A stretch of 60,422 nucleotides of DNA, the filler included, from Sphacelaria rigidula (Eukaryota): NCBI GenBank assembly GCA_964200075.2. It is 5 parts of 5 records of this genome, joined end to end, with 100 filler letters (N's around TTAATTAATTAA, not from the genome) between each part and the next. Parts side by side here need not be neighbours in the genome. Positions count along the whole stretch, not along the records: positions 12,107 to 24,112 come from CAXNAA020004241.1; positions 24,213 to 36,216 come from CAXNAA020004242.1; 3 more parts are not named here. One strand, given 5' to 3'. The notes below the pieces were generated by a model. It saw only the letters and a list, made by a program, of their open reading frames with translations. It was not told where the DNA came from and did no database searches. Below are positions 23,001 through 34,535 of the stretch, piece by piece. Each line of letters opens with the position of its first letter. Position 1 is the first letter of the stretch. Position numbers and translations under genes: made by a program.

Positions 23001-26000
23001 GGAATTGCCATAACTGGACACCAAGTAGGCTGGTTGATTTCCTTCTGTGCGTATCTTTTCATGTCTAAGATTGTTCTGGTAAGATTGAGCTTTTCCTAAA
23101 AATATTTGCCTGAAGAAGCAACCTTACTATTGCGTCGCGCGCGTGAGAGCACGATGAGTGGAATTTCCGACATATCGAAGAGGGTTGTATTTGCTCTGCA
23201 TCGCAGCTGCAACTTCGGTTGATTCATGACGATATCAGTTACGAACTAAGGTCTCTACCAAGATGTGATCGATGAGCTTTTTTTCCTTTTTTTTTGGGGG
23301 GGGGGTGCTGAATGACGTTAAGGGTCATTTACGCAGAGGGGTAATGCGTTGGAGGTGTTGAGGAGGGGACTTGGGTGCTGACTTGTCGGTTGTTAAGTAG
23401 ATGAGTTCAGGGGGGTTGTGGACGGCTGAAACTGTTGTTTTCCTCGGCGGATCTGGGTTTCCTTCTCAGTTCTTGGTCAGATCGTTGATGCTCAGCGGAA
23501 CCAGGGAGGGTGCGTAATGCAGTGATCTGCATGAGCTGAGGGAGGACAGCTCTTCATCTGTGCAGGTGTCAGGGCCTACTTACAGGTGAATTCAGTAATT
23601 CCGATTTTTGTGGGGTTGTGTAGTTCACTCCACCGAACTCTTCCCGTTTTTTTCCATCTGTAACGATGTGCTCTGAGTTGAGTGCATGGTTGACGATATA
23701 ACTTTTGTCTTGTCTGTACACGGCTGCGCGGCAGTCGTGCGTACTGCGGAACGGGTATTTCGATCAAGCCGGCCATCTCGGTCTTACTCTCATTCAGATG
23801 AACATGATGCTTGAATCAAAAGCTGATCCACCCTGGCGGCCATAGCGTTAACGGGTTCAAGCCCTTTGGGCGCCCATGCGCGGGTAGATTGCTAAATTTT
23901 CTCTTCTTCGCCGATGTATTCTGGTAGTTTTCGACGGAGAGTCAACGCCTGAAAAGGAAAGGCCTTTCGCCGGCACATCGTGCTCCGTCTCGAAAGGGAT
24001 GCGTGGTCAATGGTCAAATGACTAAGGCAAGCAACAAATGAGTACGCCCCCCGAACCGGCCAAAAAAGTGCACGGAGGCGATGATCATAATTGCCTTTAG
24101 AGCTGGTTTCGTNNNNNNNNNNNNNNNNNNNNNNNNNNNNNNNNNNNNNNNNNNNNTTAATTAATTAANNNNNNNNNNNNNNNNNNNNNNNNNNNNNNNN
24201 NNNNNNNNNNNNGGGGGGTGGGGCGTTGGTGGGGGGGCGGGGGGGGATGGGGCGGGGGGGGGTGGGGGGGGAGGGGGTGGGCGTCTGCGAACGTACCAAA
24301 CGTTTAACCACCTACGTATCCAGTAGGTTTCACGTGGCGTGGCGGCATATGCCCCGTCATGGGAAAAAAAAAAAATCTGGGGGGACAAGTGACGAGAAAT
24401 TGATGTTATCAAAAACACCAGAGATATGTACGAGCTGGGTTCGTGGAGTGATCTGGTCCCTGAGGGACTGGCGAGTATGTTAGTCGTTCAGACAAATGTG
24501 ACCAGAATTGATGAGGTACAGTATGAGGGTGATGAGGCGGATAAGGTATACAGCCTGTGACGTAATTCAGGTGAAGAATGTATGGAAGACAAAGGGGAAC
24601 ATGAAGAACAGATTCGTGAACGTCGTGAGCCACACAATACTGTCCGTCTTTTTTTTTTGTTATAAATGGTCGATCGAGGTGCAGAGACCTGCCCGATGAA
24701 CTCGTCAGAGAAACGTAGCAGTGACCGAATCCGTGAGGGATGGACGGGTACGAAAGTCATTGAGGCGAGTGTGACAAACAAGATGCAGTACAGTGCAGAA
24801 TGAGGGTTTGGAGGCTGAGACGACACCGAATTCGTGCGGATCATGTCCGCGGCAAGAAATTATTCGAGAAATTCAGCTTCAGAAACGTTTAGATTCAACA
24901 TGCACCCGAAAGAAGACGGGGGACAGTGGGAGGGTGTTATCCCCCGCCATGACGGCGAAAATACAGCATGCCGTCCTGCATATACTGTACTGTAATAGTA
25001 TCGCCAGCTTACCTCTCACGAGCTGCAATGTTACGGATGGTCAACTCGTGTTTCAGTCAGCACGCTCTCAAACAGATGGAGCGGGCGAAGGTTCATGGTC
25101 GAGAGACGGAAAAAGCCACTTTTCAAAAACTTCCTCATGTGTGACCCCGGCCGATGCACTCATCTATACCGAAAGGTACAGACTCCTTGTCCAGGATGAA
25201 TGACATGACACACATGCAGCTAACATCGATCATGTCTTCAAAACACCAAGTCAAGAAGCCAGCATGCTCTGTACTTCGAAATGAAGCGGCGCCGTTGCAC
25301 ACGCAGGAGAGATACGTGTTAGCGTAACCTGCCTGATAACGCCTGTGGGGAGTGCTCGGTCGTCTCCGCGATGTGTGGGTTTTGTACTGTTTGTACGGCA
25401 CTGATCATCACGAGCCATCCAGAACAGCGGCACAGCAGCCAACAATAGGGTCATCACGCATCTTCCGAAGGTCAAGTTTTTTCCCCAACGTTTTCTCCCA
25501 CTTCTTCACTGTTCTTCGGGGGTCTCAGCATTTTGGGGGAAAAGTGGATCCCGTCGGACCCCCGAAAAACGGTGAAGAAGTAAATAAAACATCTTTCATC
25601 TTCGTGAGTTGTGTAGTGACCCACAGCACATTTGTGAAAAAGTTTCAGAGTCAACCTGCTGAAAATGGCGTCAAGTATTGAATGTTCGTGCGATGACATG
25701 AGCTTGAACCGTGCAAACTTTTTACTACTTGGTTCAAGTATGCAGACGTCTTTTCTGGGTGTTTTTAACGACAAGGTGAGAAAATGTACAATATTCTCGA
25801 GTTTCTCGATCAAACTTTGTACATATGTTTATTGGATTACCCCGGGACGCCTCACTTAATTTTCATTCTCATCATGCCCTCTGTACCGGCTTCCGGGGGT
25901 CTCCACACCGAGTCCCCCGGAAGCCGGTGTAGAACGGAGAAACTTTGAAATATTGTCAAGAATGCATTTTTTACACTAGAGCATCGATACCTCCAGAGTT

Positions 26001-27141
26001 GCAGAGTTTGAGGGCGATCTGAGCTTTTCGACGATAGATAAGAGGGAAACCGTGACGAGGCTCTCTGGATCTTTCATGAGTATCATCAGGGAAAATTAGG
26101 CGACGCCAATACCCCACGTCACCGAAACACCACAGTTTCGGGTAAAATTCGACCCCGCAGGTGTTGCGAAAAGCATTTGCTGATGACACAATTTGGTTGA
26201 TTCACGTGAACCAGTCTGTACTACTCCACACTTTCCTTCTGCGGTGCTTGCTTTTACTTTCATCAAGAGGAAGGTTCGGCGGCTCCGTTCCGTCGATGGC
26301 TACACATATTTTTTTCTAGCTCCCCGACTGCTTCTGCCTTGGGCAGTGGGGCCTCAAGGAAGGGAATAAAGCCCGGCCCACGCCGGCAACAGTACACGAA
26401 GGATGCAATCTTTCTGCGGCAAGTAGGGGTTGAGCAGCGCACTTGTACTCTTATCCGACAAAAATACCGAATCAAATCCGTGCAAGAATCATAGAGAGCA
26501 ACGGAAAACTAGGGTGATGTCGGTTCAGCTGTTACATAACATTTCGTGCTCATCAAGGGTCGGACGAATTGATGATTCGTCTGGAAATTACTTGATTATA
26601 GAGTAGTTGATTCGTATTGTACGAATCAATCCTTGGGCTTTGTTTTCAGCGTTGCAAGCCAAGTGGGCGTAGCCCAAGCACGTGGAATGGCGCAAAAGTT
26701 GCGTGGAAACCTGTTTGACCAGCGGTCGGCTCTCTTCTCTTCCACGAGCAATCAGACCCAAGAAATCGTAGATTTGGTTATTCGAACCGGCAATGATTCG
26801 TCCGAGCCGTGGTACCTATGAACTCGATGCTTTGGACCCTTCGACCGCCACGGTGCATCATCAGGTCTGGTATATATTCTTCAAATGAAGATGATGCCGA
26901 TTCAATAGAACGACGCGCACAGGCGGTCAGAGGGTTCATGACGAAAATTGCGACAAAGCAAGCGGAACGATCTGTCCGCAGCAGCGGTCAGGATCAACGT
27001 CACTGGAAACGAACGAGGGAGACCATTCCTCCGCAACACCTGCCTCCGTACGGAAGGTCGAGTGAGGGGCGGCGAGACCTTCAGTACTGGGTGGGTGAAC
27101 TTTTCATTCTTCAATTTCTTCGTAATTGTCGATGTCCTCAA

Positions 27142-27235
27142 CCATTAGACCGCGGTGCGGGTACCATCACGCACACTTTATTCAAGTGAACATTGATGCC
27201 GATTCTGCAGGTGACCTACCCTCGCGGTGAAAGGG
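27142..27235. mobile_element. piggyBac-like MITE copy flanked by TCAA/TCAA
   Basis: CCATTAGACCGCG...TGATGCCGATTC...CTCGCGGTGAAAGGG with identical 4-bp flanks; sister copies at 26837-26935 and 27645-27746. Confidence 0.7.
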
Positions 27236-29516
27236 TCAAGCTCTTTCGCTTGCCACCTCTCATCACATGGGGGTCTGGAGATACTTCTACCCACTCTACA
27301 TTCCAAGAAAAAATAATAATCTACACGCAATCTTGAGTGACTTACGGGCTCACCGGTCATCGGGGTCCTGGCACGTTTCAGCCTAGAGTCTGACCCTTCG
27401 GTATTTGCAGTTCCCGAGCCTGTCCCGATCGTATTTGTGAAGAAATGTACAGTTTTTCTCCCGAATTTCTACCTCCTCATGGAACTAGAGCCTGAAAACT
27501 GTTTCACGGTCGGTACACCCTCCCGATAAACGGGGTACCTACTCGTATCGCCCCATGAAACCAACTCACACCAACGGGGTATCTGTCGACGTTAGCACTT
27601 TCGAGTTCTATCGAAGAGCAGGCGCGAATGAAAAAAAATCTCAACCCTTCGACCGCGATGCGGGTAGTCCATCTGGGGCGCGCATATTTGTTTCAAGAGA
27701 ATGTTGATGCCGATCCAGCAGGTGACCTACCCTCGCGGTCAAAGCGTTAACAAGAAATAGCTCAGGCGCCCCGTGGTTGAGGTTTGCGTTGGAGCACAGC
27801 AGTACAGTTGTAGATTAGGGTACGGTCGTACACAGCCAACTGTTTGTTGGCGCTGTGTTGCCGACCTCCGTGCCGAAGCAAACCGTAACCTGGGAGCCTT
27901 GTGTGTAGGCTCTTGGCCTTGAATGTTTTTAGTTTTTTTGGTGGCCTTGCTCTCATCATCATCGTCTCCATCGTACAGGAGCAGATTCCTCCTGGGATCA
28001 TACGCTGGTCGTTCCGCTGTGCCGCGCATGTTTCACCACGGCTGACGCGGCGGAAACATGAACATGACGCGCTCCTATAATAAATGAGATACGCATGTAC
28101 CTTCAAGGCAATCCGTATTATGGCGCGCCTTAGTGGCGTAACTGGTGAAACCAAAATCAATTCGAGCCGACGACCACGGGGCTTGAATCTTGGAACATGT
28201 GGGTTTAGGGGGAGGGGGGGGCGTACTCATTTGTTGCTTGCCTCAGTCGTTTGACCATTGACCACGTATCCCTTGCGAGACGGAGCACCGTTCCCACTCC
28301 TAAAATGGCTTCAGGGGGGAGGGGGGGTGTACTGATGATCATGCATGCCGCAGTCATAAGACCATTGATCTCGCATCCCCACAAAGCCGGGACGGAGCAC
28401 GCCGGGTTTTTGCCGGGGGAGGGGTTCTGAGGCGTACAAGACTTCCGCCTTCGAAGTATCTGATTTCTGTCTTCCAGTAAGAGACGGCGTAAGTAGTAGT
28501 ATACATATAAATACATGAAAATACATATTAATATATAGATGGCGAGGGTCGACGACGGTGTGGTGACTCTGACCGAATCCGTGCAACCAAAATGCAAGGC
28601 ATGTATCTGCGGCGAGACGGGTTGGTTTCTCGAGACTACGGATCCATACTGAGGAAGGGCAGGGCTTGAAAAGTATGGATAGAATAAATAAATAAAAAGC
28701 TGCGTTGTACGTGGATCTTTCTCGATAGATGTGAGGTTGCCCCGCCGCGGGAAGTTGATATGACTTCAGCTGGTATTGCAAGGTATCTGAGGTTATCAAC
28801 AAGCCGCGTGTCAGCCAGCAGTCATGCAGTCAAGTCACGATAAGTAATGGTGAACTTGCTGCAGCTGCGCTTGACTGCACTGGTCAGCAGCTCATGCCGC
28901 ATTGTCTGTGTAGTATTTATAGAGTACCTTGCCACCTCTGGGAACGCCCTACAAAAAAAACTTCACGACGAAGCCATGCACGTGTACATCCACATTTTCA
29001 CCTTGTGAAAAAAAAAGGCTCCCTACTGTACTGTGACGCACGTATATCCAAAGCACAAGTGCAGTTTGAGTGTGCTCCATTTCGCCTGTAGAGCGACGTA
29101 TCACTTCAATGCCCGTACAAAAAAAAAGTCAGATAAAATAATAAATATATCTATATCCGCAACTTCGCTCAATGAGTGCCGCTGCTATACTCAACGCCCC
29201 AAGTTTGCCGCGGGGTGGCAGGCTGCCGAGACTGTTACAAAAGGCGAATCCGCGCCTAGGGATAAGGGGGGAGGGCGTGGAGATGATTTGAACTCCGCTT
29301 CGCTGCTGGGGGAAGCATTTCAGTAGACATCTTCTATTTTTCATCAAGTTGAACACGCCCCACCACCTGCATACTCACCCGTCAATGGCACAGGTTCACC
29401 GCTTCGCATGCGATAGACAAGTCCGTGATCGTGGGGAGGATAACTGAAAGAACTCATGGACCTTGCCCCCCTCCCCCCACCAAAACACACACATACACAC
29501 ACACACACACACACAC

Positions 29517-29852
29517 CTGAAGGACCACCGTGCCAGGTTGCTGAGACGGCTGATTCACGATCACCACCGACCCGGGCTCAACGGGCGGAGGCTGCATCAT
29601 CAAAACCGTACCGGGAGCTGCGCCCGCGATGGCTCCGCCCGTCACCATCGTGAGAGGGCCACCAGGCTGCTGTACCACAACCTGTTGCGACTGCACACTG
29701 TTTTCTTCACCGCCGCCCTTCTTCTTCTTGTTCTTCTTGCTCTCCTTCTGTCCCTTTGGCTTCAGGCTCCAAACGCCACTCATGCCGGTCACGCCCTCCA
29801 CCAACGCGGGCACGCCATCCTCCCTCTCTGAAGGGTGCGGAACGTACACCAT
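29517..29852 (-). CDS. First coding exon of an unknown gene (Lys run, Q/P/V/G-rich)
   Basis: ACCATGG start, 112 open GC-rich codons, donor CAG|GTGTGT followed by a (GT)n intron microsatellite. No downstream exon identified. Confidence 0.65.
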
Positions 29853-30744
29853 GGTTGGTCGCCGCTTTTCCTTCTTTTTTTTTCTCCTCGTTCTTGATTA
29901 ATTCGTCGTTATCCTCTCCTTTTGATATTATCGATATATTTATCTTCTTCAGGTATTCCTATTCCCGGTCGTTCCTTGACGTTTTTGGTCCGTTCGGACA
30001 CTCCTTGAGTTTTTTTTTGCTGCGACTGATTGCTCCTGCAGTGTCCCTCTCCGTACGCGTTTCTCTTGTTTTTACGACTCCTTCTGCTGTCGCCCTTGAA
30101 CTGCGGTTGCCACAAAAAGTTGGAGCTGCATGCAAACGCAAGACCTGGAAAGGAAGACCAGGCAACCGCAAACACGGGGTGCGCCCACACAACAGAAAAG
30201 CGCCAGAACGTGCAAGGGGGTCAGAAGCGAACGGGAAGGAGACGGGGGGCGCGGGGGGGCTCTGCTGAACTTATTTGCCAAGAACATCGAATTTGGAGAA
30301 ATTATGGTTGGTTTCTTCAGTTCTTTTGTCAGCCGTTCAACAGCGTAGCACGTCAGATCTTTACTGTTCGGTGTAACTGTAGTATCACGTAGGATGACAC
30401 TTCACTTTGTGTACTGAATTTCGTGTATGACTGCTCCTATTAATAGTGCAGTGGAAAATATCGCAAGCCCTTCGTAATCGTCACAGATGGTGCCTAAATT
30501 CAACTGCACATACATCATTGTACCGCTTTACTGCATGAACGCAGCACATGCTATGAAATGTGACGTTCATCAGCGCCTCCTCAAAGAGACAGTGGCAAGT
30601 ACTTCGGTTTCCTTCACTCCCGTGATACCTATGCTATCCCCTATCCTGCGGGGCGGTGGGTGAAAGAGGTAGGGGGCACTGTGTCGGCTCAACTTGGCAG
30701 GCTACGAGCTGGGCCAGTAATGTTCACCGACGTTGGGCTGAAAT

Positions 30745-30932
30745 ACTACTTGATTCAAGTGTAGACAGCGATAATCGGATCTTTAGTGGGGCTGACAGTC
30801 CCCTGCACTCCTCGCGTGCGCAGAACGCGTTGTCGTTGAAATCGGCGCCATAGGCACCAATTTGGGGTCCACCAAGGCCGCACTTTGCCTCGGAAACGCC
30901 ATGTGCCTCCTTTGCCCGAGGTTTCTCAGTAT
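30745..30932. repeat. Dispersed ~190-bp repeat (reverse copy at 39910-40100, diverged copy at ~42430-42550)
   Basis: GACAGTCCC...CCTCGCGTGCGCA.AACGCGTT.TCGTTGAAATCGGCGCC...TTTGGGGTCC.CCAAGGCC.CACTTTGCC shared. Confidence 0.8.
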
Positions 30933-30994
30933 GCATTGGCGACAGTTGTAGCATGTGTCAACGACAGTTGTAACATGTGTCAACCATGGGCATA

Positions 30995-31336
30995 TTTTAG
31001 CCCAACCCCGGTTGACTGGCCTCAGCCGGGCCGACCTAGACGCGATTTTGTGATTCGCAGACCCCGTTTCACCCCAATTTTCAGAGTTGGACTTTCAAAG
31101 TTGGTACCGAGAAAGAATAGGGAGTGCTAGAAAAAATCAAGCTGGACACCAACTTTTTTTCTTCTCGTGGGTGAGTGGCAATAATCTGCCGCTAACTCAC
31201 GAAAAAACAACAAAACTTCGTGTCCCGCTCGAATAAGTTTTAGTATATGCCCTATTATCCCTCCGTACCAAATTTCAGAGTCCAACTCTCAAAATTGAGG
31301 TGGGACGGGGCGATTTAGAAACAGGGTTGGGTGAAA
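30995..31336. repeat. Long imperfect inverted repeat (foldback A)
   Basis: CCCCGTTTCACCCCAATTTTCAGAGTTGGACTTTCAAAGTTGGTAC pairs with GTACCAAATTTCAGAGTCCAACTCTCAAAATTGAGGTGGGACGGGG; centre GTGAGTGGCA-ATAATC-TGCCGCTAACTCAC. Confidence 0.85.
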
Positions 31337-32264
31337 TTCGGGACAATATTTTCCACGCCATTTATCGGCCGAGGTTTAGTACTCATGTTTTGAATCTTTG
31401 TGTAGGGCCTCGCTAGGCCATGACGAACCAAAAAAGGGGAAGGGTTGATTTTTCCATGTTTTTTTCACGTGTTAAGGACGTTTTAGTGTAGTACAGGCCA
31501 TCTTTTCACGAGAGCGCTCATACCTCTACGGAAAAAAAAAAAAACTGAGAGTCCCTTTCTTCTTCGGCGTGCCTTTGCGACTCTCCATGATGAGTTTCAA
31601 ATCTCACCTCTAAAAATTAAGCTGAAAAACTGACATGAGGTCCGAGACTATCGCCCATTTTCCCTTCAAACTCCCCCAAAAACCGGGAAAACAAATGAAA
31701 ATAGACGCGAAGAAAACCGAAAAATGCTGTTTTTTTATTTCATTGTGAACTAGCGATGCTCCACACGAAATTTCCGAGCACAACTCTAAAAACCCGAGAC
31801 GCGATATCCAGATTTAACGTAGTGTCTCTGCTCGGGATATATTGATTCTAGTTATGGAACCTTATGTGCGCCAGATCTCGAGACGGATGAAGAATTACAA
31901 TAGACGCAAGTGAGGGTATCGATCATTTCCCCGTGCTCCAGGGAATGTCCGCACTACAAAACGTCAACCGCTGTATATATCGTTCGGGGCTTCATGCAGA
32001 CATTAATGTAAACGATATCTTCGTACGGTATAGCAATTACTAGATATGGGGTTTGATCAACGAAAAGTTGGCCAACACTTTTGAGCACATCGATACCTTT
32101 CTGTTGATCAGACGATTAATACGATATGCGGATCAAGGATCAACTCGTCCGTGTCGATGAGATATTGCTTTGAGAGCTCAAGTCCGCTCCTAGGCTGGAC
32201 CAGCTCGTGTACTCACCAAAACAAACTTCCACTACCCTCTAAGCCCCCAATAGTTTGCGCGATT

Positions 32265-32735
32265 TTCACGCCGTTCCTCATGTCAAACAAAATAAACTCG
32301 TGTGGGAATGCTCTTCTGGCCCCTTTCCGTCACTTCACGACCTATGAGAGAGCTAGGCGGAGTTTGACACTTTGGAATGACTTGCTCTACTCGTTGAGGC
32401 GGTTCCAGGATATCTTCACGTATTCCAGTGGCCCCAGTTTTATTTTTTGGTCAAACAAGCATCTGCATCCAGAGACGGTGAAGTCCAGAGAAAAATGGCA
32501 GCTTTTTTCTAGATATGACCGTTCTCAACCATTCTTGGACAAAAATGCAAATTTGCCAACATGAAACCTGCGGCCACCGGAAGACGCGATGATGTCTGGG
32601 AGCCGTCTCAACGAGTGGAACAAGTCATTCCAAGGTGTCAAACTCCGCCTAGATTCTTGTACGGCGTAAAACGTCGAAGAAGGACCAAAATTGCAATTTT
32701 ACAGGACAGTAATTTTGTCTGCTACTAAGAGCGGT
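32265..32735. repeat. Long imperfect inverted repeat (foldback B)
   Basis: CTAGGCGGAGTTTGACACTTTGGAATGACTTGCTCTACTCGTTGAG (32353) pairs with CTCAACGAGTGGAACAAGTCATTCCAAGGTGTCAAACTCCGCCTAG (ends 32652); weaker pairing inside and outside. Confidence 0.9.
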
Positions 32736-34535
32736 CTCAGGTACTGGGAGGCGATTGTTTCTATCAAAAATAGGCTGCTGTCACAACCAACATGACTGGT
32801 GATTGATCTTCTGAACTTTCCGCTTGGCTGCCACCTCCAATATCTTACACACTACCAGATATATTGTCTCGATGCGCTGGGTGACAGTTTGTGACTACCA
32901 AACCGCAGGGGTGTGTATAAGCGATAGCTAGAGGAGGAAAACTGCTCACAACAGTGTAATCGTGAAATAGAGTTGATTGAGAGTGAGTTTTGATTATCAC
33001 CGTAACATGACCATTTTTTTCACTGTTTGGGTGTGCTTTTCTTTGTAACACTATAGTGTGCTTACAGCTACACGTCGATATCCTTCTCGGGGACATCAAA
33101 GGCTGCAGTAAAAACCTACTACAGGAAGCGTATGGAGCCTCGTATAAGACACTGAGGGGGGGTGCATGTCGGAACTAGAACTAAATCATTAATTAATTGA
33201 TCGCTTCTCACTCTCAATCCTATTCCAGACTCTCGATCTCACGAAAACATTCTTGTAGTCCGAAGGTGAGTGTGTCTTCCCCACCATCTGTACAAAATTT
33301 CACGGGGTGTGTGGCAATTGAGGAAGACAATGCATTGTGCAGCGGTGGGGAGCGGGGGATTTTTGGCGAGTGGGTACCCAGTGCTGGTCTTCCTTTTGAC
33401 TTGCGAGAAGAGACTGCAAGCCAAATGGGTCTGCTGTTTTTACTACAACCAGAGAACAATGGATCGCATACATTCGAAGGCGACGTCACGTATCCCCCGA
33501 CAGATGTGGGTCAGTTGCTTCCTTGTATGCAAGTACAAAGGAACTGCCCCCAATTTAAACCATGTGCGTGTAGACAAGAGCATCAACCGAAGACGTACGG
33601 ACGTCAAAACCAAGTGAGGAATGTACCGTGTGGTTCCGCTGCAATTCAAAGATAGAAAAAGGTTGTGGTGACCGATTGAGACATTTTTCAACGCAGATAT
33701 GTGTGGTCCGAACACCAAATTTAAATAAAACGTGTTGAGCAGCAACACATAAGAATATCCGCACCCGGAAATCAACCAAAATTTGACTCTCGAGAGTAAC
33801 TGACTGGACTACACAAGCATCTCCTCGAGGGGCCCGGGAGGGGGACTCCTGATGCCCCATGGTGTTCACCGCGCAAGCCATACATACCGTTGTGCCGCAC
33901 TGCGACTTGATCAACCCCGTTCTTTACTAGGATTGTGATCACGACCCCGTTTCATTTCACCACTTCAGTACCGACCTAACCCTTAGTTTATTTAGTATCG
34001 CATACGGGACGGGTTGGTGGTGTGACGCGCCCTGATGACGCGTCACGTGAAAAACACGGAACCCTACGCTCAATCTTACGCCCGCCGGGTTGCGAGCAAC
34101 CCGCGGACGGTATTGCGATAAGATAAACTGGCCATTCTTTGTGCCATCATATGGGGGAATCTTCAGCCGCTTCTTGTGAAGTGGGTCTAGAGAATTCATA
34201 ATTTTGACGCTTCGGTACCGATTTTGGTCCTGAAAAAAAGAGGCTTGGCGGATCGTGCCACCTTTGAAAACACTTCACGTATTCCCTGAGAAGATCCACA
34301 CCCTGGGCAGTATATGAACGAAAGTTCCAAAATGAAAAATGTGCTTCGTAAAGTATAGGCTTATTGATTATACCTTGTCCAGGGCGTGGAATATTCCAGC
34401 GCATCCCATTGTTCCATCTTTCGTACGCCCACGCCCACCTTTTGCTAGACTAACCTCTCACATACAACTCCCCCAAAAAGCATGTTTTTTTTAGTGCCCC
34501 ACGCCTTTTCGTTTCAACAGCTCGAAGGACATTTT

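Larger units (their letters stand above)
17070..23792 (+). mobile_element. Decayed Ty1/copia LTR retrotransposon
   Basis: Domain order gag-IN-RT-RH: degenerate zinc knuckle (18964), VFVDLCG (20166), RSDAGGEF...GVAERR integrase, QQPGVDFDDTFGP and HLGVEQAF..LEEIYL RT, IDVRHH and QHADIMT RNase H. Many stops and frameshifts. Boundaries approximate. Confidence 0.8.

Noticed and set aside
24480-24640. Hydrophobic coding-like stretch on the minus strand (VWLTTFTNLFFMFPFVFHTFF)
   Set aside because: Contains in-frame stops, has no clear splice boundaries and matches no family I can name.
26837-27746. Regularly interspaced repeat array (three TGATGCCGAT-containing units)
   Set aside because: Spacing is irregular and each unit has its own TIRs and 4-bp flanks, so these are independent MITE insertions.
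29629-29901. Cys-rich membrane peptide ORF on the + strand (GCCTTTCCDC...)
   Set aside because: Antisense shadow of the minus-strand exon 29517-29852, which has the better start and splice signals.
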